From contig JAVRCV020000036.1 in the NCBI GenBank assembly GCA_034530615.2, forward strand, positions 1 through 64,000: DNA of 64,000 nt, in the 5' to 3' direction. The DNA comes from Aulosira sp. ZfuVER01 (GTDB lineage: Bacteria; Cyanobacteriota; Cyanobacteriia; Cyanobacteriales; Nostocaceae). The translations under genes were made by a program, and so were the position numbers. Of this stretch, positions 19,883 through 29,689 are shown in pieces; within the stretch, counting starts at the first letter, position 1; the number at the start of each line of letters is the position of its first letter. The notes below the pieces were generated by a model. It did no database searches and had not been told where the DNA came from. It saw only the letters and a program-made list of their open reading frames with translations.

Positions 19883-21529
19883 ATGTTCCTCACTCAAACA
19901 GTTCCTCGTCAAAGAGAAATTATCGAAGTAGTCCTACGTAATGGCTGGGATTATATGCGCAGGCTACTGACTGGTGGCAAAGCTGATGAACCACAGTTAC
20001 CCACACCTGCGGTGTTAAAAAATATCTTGGTAGATTTGGGGCCAGTCTATGTCAAACTAGGTCAGCTACTTTCTACTCGTCCAGACTTACTTAGTGCTGG
20101 CTATATTGACGAACTATCGACGCTGCAAGATGAAGTTCCACCAGTTTCCTGGACAGAAATAGAAATACTGTTGCGCCAACAGCTAAAAACCCCGCTGGAA
20201 CAAACTTTTAGGACAATTAATCCTGTACCAGTAGCGGCGGGATCAATTGCCCAAACCCATCGCGCGACATTAGCGGATGGACGGGAAGTTGCTTTAAAGG
20301 TGCAACGTCCGGGGATCGATATTACAGTTGCCCAAGATATTGCTTTAATTCAAGGGATTGCCGATTTAGTCGCCCGAACTGATTTTGGCAAAACTTACGA
20401 AATTAAATCTATTGCGGAAGAATTTACCAAAGCGCTAGAAGCCGAGTTAGATTTTACACGGGAAGCAGGATATACAGACCAATTGCGGCAGAATTTATCT
20501 CATAGCCGCTGGTTTGATCCCCAGCAAATAGTAGTAGCTCAAATCTATTGGGAATTAACTACCGAAAAATTAATGGTGATGGAATGGCTGGAGGGTGTAC
20601 CAATACTTTCAGCCAATTTCAGTAGTAATAATAATGGTAAAGATCCCGTTACAGAACGCAAAGACATCACGAGTTTACTATTTAGAGTTTTTTTTCAACA
20701 ACTATATATAGATGGATTTTTTCACGCCGATCCCCATCCGGGGAATTTGTTTTATCTTCAAGATGGGCGGATTGCTTTGTTAGATTGTGGTATGGTGGGA
20801 CGACTCGATCCCCGCACCCAGCAGATTTTAACAGAAATGCTGTTAGCGATCGTGGATTTAGATGCTCAACGATGTGCGCAGTTAACTTTACAATTAGCAG
20901 ATTCTAGCCAACCAGTAATTTTAGCTCGCTTGGAAAATGATTATGACCGGATGTTGCGCAAGTATCTCAACGTCAATTTATCGGAAATTAATTTTAGTCG
21001 AGTAATTTACGAAATTCTGCAAGTCGCCCGGAATAATAAAATTCGCTTGCCTAGTAATATGGGCTTGTATGCCAAAACCTTAGCTAATTTAGAAGGGTTG
21101 GCGCGGGGATTTAACCCAGAATTGAACTTTGTTGATGAAATTCAGCCCTTACTCACAGACTTGTTTCGCCGCCAGCTGGTAGGGGAAAATCCTATGCGAT
21201 CGCTTTTAAGAACCGCATTGGATCTTAAAAGTCTCTCTTTACAATCTCCCCGCCAAATTGAACTGTTACTAGACAGAGTAACTTCCGAAACCTTGCAGTG
21301 GAACTTATCTCTGCGGGGTTTAGATGGTGTACGCCGGACTATGGACGATGCAGCCAACCGCTTGTCTTTTAGCATTCTGGTGGGTTCCCTGATTATGGGT
21401 GCAGCAATCATTTCCAACCACGCACAGACAACTCAACTATCTTTTTTGAGCAGTGTCTTGTTTGCAGCAGCTAGTTTGTTGGGGCTGTGGTTAATTCTGA
21501 GTATTTTGCGCTCAGGTCGTTTAAAATGA
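19883..21529 (+). CDS. ABC1/AarF/UbiB-family atypical kinase
   Basis: LGPVYVKLGQ, AAGSIAQ, VALKVQRP, FFHADPHPGN and DCGMVG. Start placed at MFLTQ because the upstream extension is STRR sequence. Confidence 0.92.
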   Translation: MFLTQTVPRQREIIEVVLRNGWDYMRRLLTGGKADEPQLPTPAVLKNILVDLGPVYVKLGQLLSTRPDLLSAGYIDELSTLQDEVPPVSWTEIEILLRQQLKTPLEQTFRTINPVPVAAGSIAQTHRATLADGREVALKVQRPGIDITVAQDIALIQGIADLVARTDFGKTYEIKSIAEEFTKALEAELDFTREAGYTDQLRQNLSHSRWFDPQQIVVAQIYWELTTEKLMVMEWLEGVPILSANFSSNNNGKDPVTERKDITSLLFRVFFQQLYIDGFFHADPHPGNLFYLQDGRIALLDCGMVGRLDPRTQQILTEMLLAIVDLDAQRCAQLTLQLADSSQPVILARLENDYDRMLRKYLNVNLSEINFSRVIYEILQVARNNKIRLPSNMGLYAKTLANLEGLARGFNPELNFVDEIQPLLTDLFRRQLVGENPMRSLLRTALDLKSLSLQSPRQIELLLDRVTSETLQWNLSLRGLDGVRRTMDDAANRLSFSILVGSLIMGAAIISNHAQTTQLSFLSSVLFAAASLLGLWLILSILRSGRLK

Positions 21530-22518
21530 GGCTTATGCCGATAATTGTGGCTGAAAACCTCAGCAAATTTTATCCAGTGGCGGTGAAAGAACCTGGAATT
21601 AAAGGGACAATTACCCACTTTTTCCGCCGTACCTACCGTCCAATCAAAGCAGTTGAAGATGTTTCCTTTGAAATCGCTACTGGGGAAGTAGTAGGTTTTC
21701 TCGGGCCAAATGGTGCAGGTAAAACCACTACCCTGAAAATGCTGACGGGACTGATTTATCCTTCTAGCGGTAGCGTTAGAGTCGCGGGACAGGTTCCCTT
21801 TCATCGCCAAGAGGCATTTTTGCAAAAAATTACCTTGGTGATGGGACAAAAACAGCAGTTGATTTGGGATTTACCAGCACTCGATTCTTTAAGAATTAAC
21901 GCTGCTGTCTACAACATCTCTGATAATGAGTTCCGGCGACGGGTAGGCGAATTAGCGGAAATGCTTTCTCTAGAAAGTAAGCTTACCCAACCAGTTAGGA
22001 AACTATCTTTAGGCGAACGGATGAAGGCGGAACTGTTAGCCGCACTGTTGCATCGTCCCCAGGTATTGTTTTTAGATGAACCCACTTTAGGGTTAGATGT
22101 GAATGCGCAAGCAGGAGTGCGTGATTTTTTACGCGAGTACAATCAGCGTTACCAAGCAACTGTATTATTGACTAGCCATTATATGGCTGACATTACAGCT
22201 TTATGTCAACGAGTGCTGTTAATTCATCAAGGTAAACTGATGTATGATGGCAGCTTGGATGAACTTCTAGAACGCTTCGCACCTTACCGAGAAATTCACG
22301 TTGAGTTAGCCCAATGTTTGCCACGAGAAAAACTTGCATCCTATGGTGAAGTGCAACTTTTAGAAGGGCGAACTGTGCGTTTTTTAGTTCCTCAAGAAAT
22401 GCTAACTCAAACCGTATCGCAGATTTTGGCTGATTTGGAGGTAGTCGATTTAAAAGTAACTGAACCGCCTGTAGAAGAAGTTATCGGTAAAGTATTTCAA
22501 GCAGGAGTTGTAGAGTAA
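21526..22518 (+). CDS. ABC-2 type transporter ATP-binding protein
   Basis: GPNGAGKTT, LSLGE and FLDEPT. The start is ATG 21526 (ATGA overlap) or 21535. Confidence 0.92.
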   Translation: MRLMPIIVAENLSKFYPVAVKEPGIKGTITHFFRRTYRPIKAVEDVSFEIATGEVVGFLGPNGAGKTTTLKMLTGLIYPSSGSVRVAGQVPFHRQEAFLQKITLVMGQKQQLIWDLPALDSLRINAAVYNISDNEFRRRVGELAEMLSLESKLTQPVRKLSLGERMKAELLAALLHRPQVLFLDEPTLGLDVNAQAGVRDFLREYNQRYQATVLLTSHYMADITALCQRVLLIHQGKLMYDGSLDELLERFAPYREIHVELAQCLPREKLASYGEVQLLEGRTVRFLVPQEMLTQTVSQILADLEVVDLKVTEPPVEEVIGKVFQAGVVE

Positions 22519-22525
22519 GTGCTGA

Positions 22526-22598
22526 GTAGGGTGGGTACTGCCCACATTATGTTTAAATATTAATTAGATAAGCTCTTGGTGGGCGATGCTCACCCTAC
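22526..22598. repeat. Inverted pair of GTAG-type REP-like elements (REPIN-like)
   Basis: GTAGGGTGGGTACTGCCCAC ... GTGGGCGATGCTCACCCTAC. Confidence 0.7.
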
Positions 22599-22647
22599 AA
22601 TTTCTAGTTTAATTCTTTTCAATTAGCTATAAAATTGCAATTAATAA

Positions 22648-23436
22648 ATGAAACGGATTATTAGAAAAGCCCTAACTTTGCTATCAGTTTACTACGCTTA
22701 TATACTTGAGTACCGGGCAGAAATGATTTTCTGGGTTTTGTCTGGTTCCTTACCTATTATTTTTATGGGTATTTGGATACAGGCGGCACAGAATGGACGC
22801 TTAAATTTAACACCTGTAGATTTTGCTCGTTACTTTTTAGCAGTTTTTATTATTAGACAATTTACTGCTGTTTGGGTAATTTGGGATTTTCAAAAAGAGG
22901 TAGTGGAAGGTAAACTATCACCCAAACTTCTACAACCCATCGATCCTGTATGGCACCATGTTGCAACCCATGTCGCTGATAGATTTGCTCGTCTTCAGTT
23001 TACATTTCTATTAATACTATTATTCTTTCTCCTATATCCTCAAGCATTTTGGTTGCCCAGCTTGGCTAAATTCTTATTGTTTCTTTTATCTGTAGCCCTA
23101 GCTTTTACTTTACGATTTATTATTCAATACACATTTGCAATGTTCGCTTTTTGGACAGAACGGGCTACTGCTTTAGACAATCTTTGGTTGTTATTTTATT
23201 TATTTTTATCTGGTTTAATTGCGCCATTAGAAGTATTTCCTGAAGGTGTGCGGACGGTACTAATGTGGACGCCTTTTCCTTATTTAATTGATTTTCCGGC
23301 GAGTATTTTGGTAGGATTAACTGTGGATTTAGGACGAGGATTTTTATCTTTAGTTGGTTGGTCATTAATATTTTTCGTTATTAATCGCTGGCTGTGGCGT
23401 ATGGGCTTGAAACAGTATTCTGGAATGGGGGCGTAA
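22648..23436 (+). CDS. ABC-2 family permease
   Basis: Six TM segments, EGKLSPKLLQP, SGLIAPL..FP and YSGMGA end. Confidence 0.9.
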   Translation: MKRIIRKALTLLSVYYAYILEYRAEMIFWVLSGSLPIIFMGIWIQAAQNGRLNLTPVDFARYFLAVFIIRQFTAVWVIWDFQKEVVEGKLSPKLLQPIDPVWHHVATHVADRFARLQFTFLLILLFFLLYPQAFWLPSLAKFLLFLLSVALAFTLRFIIQYTFAMFAFWTERATALDNLWLLFYLFLSGLIAPLEVFPEGVRTVLMWTPFPYLIDFPASILVGLTVDLGRGFLSLVGWSLIFFVINRWLWRMGLKQYSGMGA

Positions 23437-23583
23437 AGAGTTTTCAATTCAAATTTGAGACATTTAAGGATTTAGTTAATTAAGTTTAATCAATCTAAAA
23501 TACCTAAATATTTTAGTGCTTTTTCGTTCATGTGACAGCTTTTAAGGCATGATTTTGTAAGTAGACAAAATCACAAAATTACT

Positions 23584-24357
23584 ATGATCAAATTTAAAAA
23601 CTTACTCCGATTTATTCCTAATGCTATATTATTAAATCTATTAATAGGTAATGCACCATCCCAAGCCAATTGTGCAGATCAAATTGCGACTTTAGCAAAG
23701 GTTCAACCTGTTATGGAACGCCATTGGCAACAATTGCAGCAGCAGAAAACTTATCCTTGGGGTGAAGCGCGTCCTTACGGTAAATTAAAAGGCGATCGCA
23801 TTACTCTCACTTCAGCATTCGATCGCTTGACGAGTTCCCAAAAGGAGCAAGCATTAAACACATTACTGTCTTATAATTTGACACCTCAAGAGCAACAGGA
23901 CTCATCTGGTAGTTACATTGGCGCACCACCGTTTAAAGTTTATGCTAACGATGGTCGTGCTGTCTCTATGCCTTACGATGGTTGTACTCGCTTTACTCTA
24001 CTGACTGAAAGGGCAAGATATGGTTATTATTACAACACCATCTACGGCTTTAATCACACTAACTCGATTTTAGAGCAATTGCGTAATTCAGGGCGTCCGT
24101 CGTGGCGAGAGGTAAAGTTCCCGATTTCAGCAGCACAAGAAAAGAAAACCCGCTTGCAATTTTGGAATATTATCGGCTGGAAAACTGGTGAAAATTGGTG
24201 GATTGCTTGGGTACCAGAAAACGGCTACTTTGAAATTAACGTTCCTGTTGGGTATGAGCAAAGTCGTTTGCAGCGTTTCTGGCAGGTTGCACCGCGCCAG
24301 TATCGTTATGTGGTTGTAGCAAATGATGGCAGAGTTTTGCTAGAAAAGAAGTTTTAA
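23584..24357 (+). CDS. Secreted hypothetical protein
   Basis: 257-aa ORF with a signal peptide and Trp-rich WWIAWVPE region; no family recognised. Confidence 0.7.
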   Translation: MIKFKNLLRFIPNAILLNLLIGNAPSQANCADQIATLAKVQPVMERHWQQLQQQKTYPWGEARPYGKLKGDRITLTSAFDRLTSSQKEQALNTLLSYNLTPQEQQDSSGSYIGAPPFKVYANDGRAVSMPYDGCTRFTLLTERARYGYYYNTIYGFNHTNSILEQLRNSGRPSWREVKFPISAAQEKKTRLQFWNIIGWKTGENWWIAWVPENGYFEINVPVGYEQSRLQRFWQVAPRQYRYVVVANDGRVLLEKKF

Positions 24358-24384
24358 TTAGGGAATCGCACTCACACACATTCC

Positions 24385-26076
24385 CTACAAATTACTCGGT
24401 ATGGTCTTAAACTTTTTTGCCGAACCCAAGGAATAATCTTCTAATTTGAAATCAGCAAAAGGTTTCTTCTCTAACCGATTTCTCAAAGCTTCATCGAGAA
24501 TTACACCCTGTGATTTCTGCTTCACGCCAATAATAATAATACTTCTTTGATATGCAGTTAAGTCTTGATTAGGCTGACAATCTTCTCGTTGAAATTGTCC
24601 GAGATTTAATAAGCGATAACCTTTAACGCTGGGTGTATTACTAAATAATTTTTTTGCTAAAAGTTGTATTTGTTGAGAACGTTCTAGCGCACGGCGTTGT
24701 TCAACTGCTACATTACCTTCACAAGAAGCCGTACCTACAGAAATAATCTCATTAGGATTTTCCATTATATTCTGTATACCTTCTTGCTCTAAATTTAATT
24801 TTAAAACTTCTAAACTAATAATTGTATCGTTATATTTAATTTGAAAATTACTACCTAAGAGCCATTTATATTCTACTGATAAAACAGCTATGTTAAATTC
24901 CGCAGTTCTACCTTGACTATCTTTACCTTCGGCATAGCTAAAGTAATCTACCTTACCTTTTCGTTCTGGTACTTGTCCATAATTAGGAACTGAAGGAAAT
25001 TTTAGTGTGCCAAAAAATAAAGCTATGACACCAAGTAATCCTAATGAGGCGAGTAATGCTGCTATTAATGCCAGTAGTGGCATTTTTGCTGGCTGCTTCT
25101 CTGGCGATGAAACAGTTTTGCTAGCTGGGGAAGCTAACTGTTCTGTTTGTTGATTTCCCTGTACAGTTAGTTGTTGTTCAATTTCTCCTAAACGCTGTAG
25201 AATTTCCTGAGCATTGGCAGGACGGTTTTCTATTTCCGGTGCCATTAACCAATCAATGAGATTTAATAGCAAGGTTGAAACATGAGTCGCACGATTCCGC
25301 CAGTGCAAAACATTATGTTGGATATCGTACATATCTAAGGGATGATAACCTGTCAGCAAAAAGACAAAAGTTCGTCCCAACGCAAAGAAATCTGATTGCG
25401 GTACAGCTTGGCCATGCATTTGTTCTGGAGCACTATAGCCAGATGACATAATTGCATTCATCCCAGTTAAAGTTTTTGCCAATTCTTTTGCTGTGCCAAA
25501 ATCAATTAATACCAAATTTCCCCAATCTTCCATACCAAGAGGATCTGGAGAAATACGCAGCATAATATTACATGGCTTAATATCTCGATGCAGGTATTGT
25601 TTGCTATGTAATACAACTAAAATTTCTACCAGCTGTTTCAACCAGGCTATAGCTTGTGTTTGAGAAATGAGGAGATTATTCTGCTGCTTTAGCCATTGTT
25701 CTAAGTTGAGTCCGTTGATTTTCTCCATTGCCAAACAGTGCAACAGCAAGCCATTTCTGGTTTGATACTGGAAGTAACCATCGACTTTGGGTATACCAGG
25801 ATGATTTAACTGTTGCAGTACAGCTACCTCTTGCTGGAATAGTTCTACTACCTTAGCGTCCTGGGAAAGATGTTCCTGAAGCACCTTGAGGATTTTTGGT
25901 ATATCTTGTTCGTATGCTTCATAGACCTTACTAAAGCCAGTTTTGTCACTTAACAGGCGCATCACTCGGTAGCGTCCCAGCAATTCCAACTGGGAACCAC
26001 AATTTTGACAAAAGCGCTGTTCCTCCTGGTCTGATTGATTGGGTTGAGGACAAACTGGATTAATACAAAGGCTCAT
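24385..26076 (-). CDS. Ser/Thr kinase with Cys4 N-terminal prefix, TM and OmpA-like C-terminal domain
   Basis: CINPVC..CQNC, HRDIKP, DFG, YSAPEQ, a TM helix, then SVGTASCEG...ALERS. Confidence 0.85.
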   Translation of the reverse strand: MSLCINPVCPQPNQSDQEEQRFCQNCGSQLELLGRYRVMRLLSDKTGFSKVYEAYEQDIPKILKVLQEHLSQDAKVVELFQQEVAVLQQLNHPGIPKVDGYFQYQTRNGLLLHCLAMEKINGLNLEQWLKQQNNLLISQTQAIAWLKQLVEILVVLHSKQYLHRDIKPCNIMLRISPDPLGMEDWGNLVLIDFGTAKELAKTLTGMNAIMSSGYSAPEQMHGQAVPQSDFFALGRTFVFLLTGYHPLDMYDIQHNVLHWRNRATHVSTLLLNLIDWLMAPEIENRPANAQEILQRLGEIEQQLTVQGNQQTEQLASPASKTVSSPEKQPAKMPLLALIAALLASLGLLGVIALFFGTLKFPSVPNYGQVPERKGKVDYFSYAEGKDSQGRTAEFNIAVLSVEYKWLLGSNFQIKYNDTIISLEVLKLNLEQEGIQNIMENPNEIISVGTASCEGNVAVEQRRALERSQQIQLLAKKLFSNTPSVKGYRLLNLGQFQREDCQPNQDLTAYQRSIIIIGVKQKSQGVILDEALRNRLEKKPFADFKLEDYSLGSAKKFKTIPSNL

Positions 26077-26155
26077 GACTGGCTAATCGGTGATATAAGG
26101 GAAGCAATCTCTAATCTGACTTCTAGCATTCCCGTCAATGATAAGGAGATTTCTC

Positions 26156-27010
26156 TCATTTGTGCTGTTTTAAGAAAGCTTCCACAGTTCGGTTAAATGC
26201 TTCTGGTTGTGTCAAAAATGGCCAATGATTACCAGGAACTTGGCAGATGCTTAAGTTTTTTAGATGAGTTTTGTAGGGTTTAAGTTGCCATTCTTGCCGG
26301 TTTACACCTTTTTGGGGTTGTACAAAGAGAGTTGGTAGATAAATTGACTGTGTTAACCCAGCTACTCGCATGACATCTTCAAAAATGCGATCGCGGGCGG
26401 CTATAGTAAATTTACTTCCCCAACTACCATCGGGTTTTTGTTCAATTCCGGCTTCAAAGACTTTTTGATGTAGGTCAGTCCATCCTTGATATTGGCTTAA
26501 CTGTTGCGCTTGTTGTTCAGCTTCTTCATAACTAGTAAAAGGCCCCATGCTTTTGAGGAAAGGTAAAACGCGGTACAACAGAGGAAATGTCAGCTTGAAG
26601 ACGCTGGGCATTTTCCAGATGAAGATGGGATCGACCAGAATTATACTCAGCAAACGTTCTGGATGCTGCCTTGCCCAAATAGCGGCTAACTTACCTGTCC
26701 ACGAATGACTGACAACATAGGCATTAGTCCATCCTAAACTATCCATGAGGGCTTCTAAATCCGCGATCGCACTCTCAAAACTATAATCATCTTCCGGCTT
26801 GCTACTTTCCCCATGACCGCGCATATCTGGAGCAACTATGTGATACTCTGCCGCTAGATAATCCCCTAAGCTAGACCACACCAAGGCATTATCGGCTAGT
26901 CCGTGTAATAGCAATAAGGGTTCTTGTCCTTGGTGCCACTCTAAGTAAGACAGTTGAATGTCAGACTTGGATAAGGTTTGACGTATAGGCATCATTGCAT
27001 ATCCACCCAT
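26156..27010 (-). CDS. Alpha/beta hydrolase
   Basis: LLLHG, DMRGHG.S, SHSWTG nucleophile elbow and GNHW. Confidence 0.9.
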   Translation of the reverse strand: MGGYAMMPIRQTLSKSDIQLSYLEWHQGQEPLLLLHGLADNALVWSSLGDYLAAEYHIVAPDMRGHGESSKPEDDYSFESAIADLEALMDSLGWTNAYVVSHSWTGKLAAIWARQHPERLLSIILVDPIFIWKMPSVFKLTFPLLYRVLPFLKSMGPFTSYEEAEQQAQQLSQYQGWTDLHQKVFEAGIEQKPDGSWGSKFTIAARDRIFEDVMRVAGLTQSIYLPTLFVQPQKGVNRQEWQLKPYKTHLKNLSICQVPGNHWPFLTQPEAFNRTVEAFLKQHK

Positions 27011-27184
27011 AGATAGAGCTTCGCGCTTATATGTTATCGCGAAAAGAAAAACGCCGGCACTGTGGGGAGGAGGGTGTTGGAAAATCAGGGGTAATACGCG
27101 GTGTATGCTGATATCCCGTCGTCACCATAAAATGGTGCAGCTAATCGCACAAAGCTTGCCTTCGGTTCATTGGAAGTCGGTGAG

Positions 27185-27212
27185 AAACTCCATCCCCTTG
27201 TGGGTGGAGTTT
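27185..27212 (+). mobile_element. IS200/IS605-like subterminal hairpin remnant
   Basis: AAACTCCATCC-CCTTGT-GGGTGGAGTTT hairpin, with no tnpA or tnpB nearby. Confidence 0.4.
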
Positions 27213-27367
27213 TTTATAAAGAATTGGTATCAAACATAAAAATAAGGAACTCATACTTTAGGGAGATACATTGTTGTAAATGTCGCTCCATTAGTAGGAG
27301 GACAGGGAGTTTTGAGCTTTTTAAAATCGGTTCATACGAGAAAAATAGTAGCAACAACTTATTACTC

Positions 27368-28030
27368 ATGCTATTCCAAGACCGAAGTTCGGCAGGTCAG
27401 TTGTTAGCTCAAGAATTGGCAACCTATGCTAATCGCCCAAATGTATTGGTGCTAGCTTTACCAAGAGGTGGAGTACCTATTGCCTTTGAAATTGCCAAAG
27501 TATTAAATGTTGGATTAGATGTTTTGCTAGTACGTAAACTAGGTGTACCGAATCAAGAAGAGTTGGCAATGGGAGCGATCGCTTCTGGTGGTGTACAAAT
27601 AATTAATCAAGATATTGTTAGCGATCTCAATGTCTCTAAGGAAAATATTGCTAAAGTAGCAGCGCAAGAAGAACAAGAATTAGAGCGACGAGAACAGCTT
27701 TATCGGGGAAATTGTCCTTTCTCAAAACTAAAAGGAAAGACTGTGATTTTGGTAGATGACGGTTTAGCAACGGGTGCAACCATGTGGGCGGCAATAATCG
27801 CAGTAAAAAAACAGCAACCTGCTCGGATTGTAGTTGCAGTCCCAGTTGCCGCATCCCCAGCTTACCAACAATTGGCAGAAAAAGTAGATGAAATGGTTTG
27901 TCTGGGGACACCCAAACCTTTCTACAGTGTTGGTCAATGGTATCAAAAGTTTCCGCAAACTACAGATGATGAAGTCCGCGACTTGCTAAGGAAAGCTTTA
28001 AATTTTGGATTGGAAAATGTACCAATCTAA
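27368..28030 (+). CDS. Phosphoribosyltransferase-family protein
   Basis: From ATG 27368: FQDRSSAG, LPRGGVP and the VILVDDGLATGAT PRPP motif. Confidence 0.9.
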   Translation: MLFQDRSSAGQLLAQELATYANRPNVLVLALPRGGVPIAFEIAKVLNVGLDVLLVRKLGVPNQEELAMGAIASGGVQIINQDIVSDLNVSKENIAKVAAQEEQELERREQLYRGNCPFSKLKGKTVILVDDGLATGATMWAAIIAVKKQQPARIVVAVPVAASPAYQQLAEKVDEMVCLGTPKPFYSVGQWYQKFPQTTDDEVRDLLRKALNFGLENVPI

Positions 28031-28050
28031 AATCCAAAATCTAAAATTCA

Positions 28051-29460
28051 TTAATTCGCATCAGCTATTTGGCAGATTAATTCCCAAGCTTGCTGCAAAT
28101 TTAACCTTTCAGTTGTTGCTTGTCCAATTGACATTCGTAAAGTTAGTTTTTGGTCAAGTTTGGTGGAAGTAAGATAGGTTTTACCAGAGGAGTTGAGACT
28201 GTTGATGATGGTTTGGTTAATCTTATCGCCACCTTTGTGGCGAAAACATACCAAATTCAATGGTGGATTAACAGCCAACTCAAAGCGCGAATCTGATTTT
28301 ACCCATTCAGCAAACTCCTGGGCTAAAGCTATATGCTTGCGGACATAATGTTGTAAGCCTTCAATCCCGTAATGGCGAATGACAAACCAAAGCTTAAGGC
28401 TGCGGAATCTTCGTCCTAAGGGAATTTGCCAGTCTCGATAGTCAATTACTGTACCTGATTCGCTGGCTTGATTTTTTAGGTACTCCGGTACAATTGAGAG
28501 AGACTGAATCAGCTTGACGCGATCGCGCACGTAAAAGCAAGTGCAGTCAAAATTTGTCATCATCCATTTGTGGGGATTGAAGCAATAGCTATCAGCTAAC
28601 TCCAAACCCTGATGAATCCAGCGGTACTCAGGACATAATGCGGCGGTACCACTCATTGCCCCATCAACATGAAACCAGATATTGTATTTTTGGGCGATCG
28701 CTCCCAACTCTGGTAAAGGATCGATAGCATTGGATGAAGTTGTCCCCACAGTCGCAGCTAGATAAAAAGGCGTTAACCCAGCTTGAATATCTTTTTCTAT
28801 GCACTGCTGTAGTGCTTCTGGTTGCATGGCATAATCTGCATCAACTTCTATATAGCGCAAATTTTCCCGGCTAATTCCGGCAATCTTGACTCCCTTCTCA
28901 ACTGAAGAGTGCGCTTGCGTAGAAGTGTAAGCAACTAATTTACTAACATCTGCTTTTGCTTGTTCCCTCGCTGCTACCAAAGCCACAAGTGTTGCACTGC
29001 TAGCTGAATCTTGAATTACTCCTCCCCCTGTTTGTGTAGATTTAAAATGCCAGGGTAGCTCCAGCATATCTACTAGCCAATCAAGAACATGAGTCTCTAA
29101 TTCAGTACAAGCAGGAGAAGTAGCCCACAACATTCCCTGCACACCCATACCAGCACTAAGTAATTCACCGAGAATTGAAGGTGCAGAAATTCCAGTAGGA
29201 AAGAAAGCAAAGAAGTTGGGAGACTGCCAATTTGTTAATCCTGGGACAATTATTTCATCGATATCTTTGAGAATAGCTGCAAAAGATTCGCCTTGCACAG
29301 GTGCCGTATTTGGTAACTTTGCTCGAATATCCCCAGGTTGAACTTGCGAAAGCACAGGCAGTTTTTCAACATTATCTAAATAATTGGCTATCCAATCAAT
29401 AGTTTTATATCCCCAATGGCGAAATTCTTCGGGAGACATATGGTAGTTCTGCTGTTCCAT
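28051..29460 (-). CDS. PLP-dependent aromatic-L-amino-acid (group II) decarboxylase
   Basis: WATSPACTELE, AHSSVEK, HVDGA, FNPHKW, DYRDWQIPLGRRFRSLKLW. Confidence 0.9.
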   Translation of the reverse strand: MEQQNYHMSPEEFRHWGYKTIDWIANYLDNVEKLPVLSQVQPGDIRAKLPNTAPVQGESFAAILKDIDEIIVPGLTNWQSPNFFAFFPTGISAPSILGELLSAGMGVQGMLWATSPACTELETHVLDWLVDMLELPWHFKSTQTGGGVIQDSASSATLVALVAAREQAKADVSKLVAYTSTQAHSSVEKGVKIAGISRENLRYIEVDADYAMQPEALQQCIEKDIQAGLTPFYLAATVGTTSSNAIDPLPELGAIAQKYNIWFHVDGAMSGTAALCPEYRWIHQGLELADSYCFNPHKWMMTNFDCTCFYVRDRVKLIQSLSIVPEYLKNQASESGTVIDYRDWQIPLGRRFRSLKLWFVIRHYGIEGLQHYVRKHIALAQEFAEWVKSDSRFELAVNPPLNLVCFRHKGGDKINQTIINSLNSSGKTYLTSTKLDQKLTLRMSIGQATTERLNLQQAWELICQIADAN

Positions 29461-29689
29461 AATAAATCTCTATAAATATGTATTTAATATAAATATATTA
29501 TTAAAAATAAATTCACAATATTTAGTCCCATTTTAATATATTTTATGAATAAATCGCCTAGTTTATTACAATCTAATACTAAAATCTAGGAACATATTCC
29601 TGATTCTAAAATTTGCATATTAATAATTTCTGTGTATGTATTTAGTTAAATTTATTCTGATTATAGAAAGCCAAGATTTAAATTTTACT

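Noticed and set aside
19658..19941. Short ORFs and the MPNAQ N-terminal extension of the ABC1 kinase
   Set aside because: They derive from STRR heptamers. The same applies to the extensions at 50463-50603, 58875-58991 and 60367-60498.
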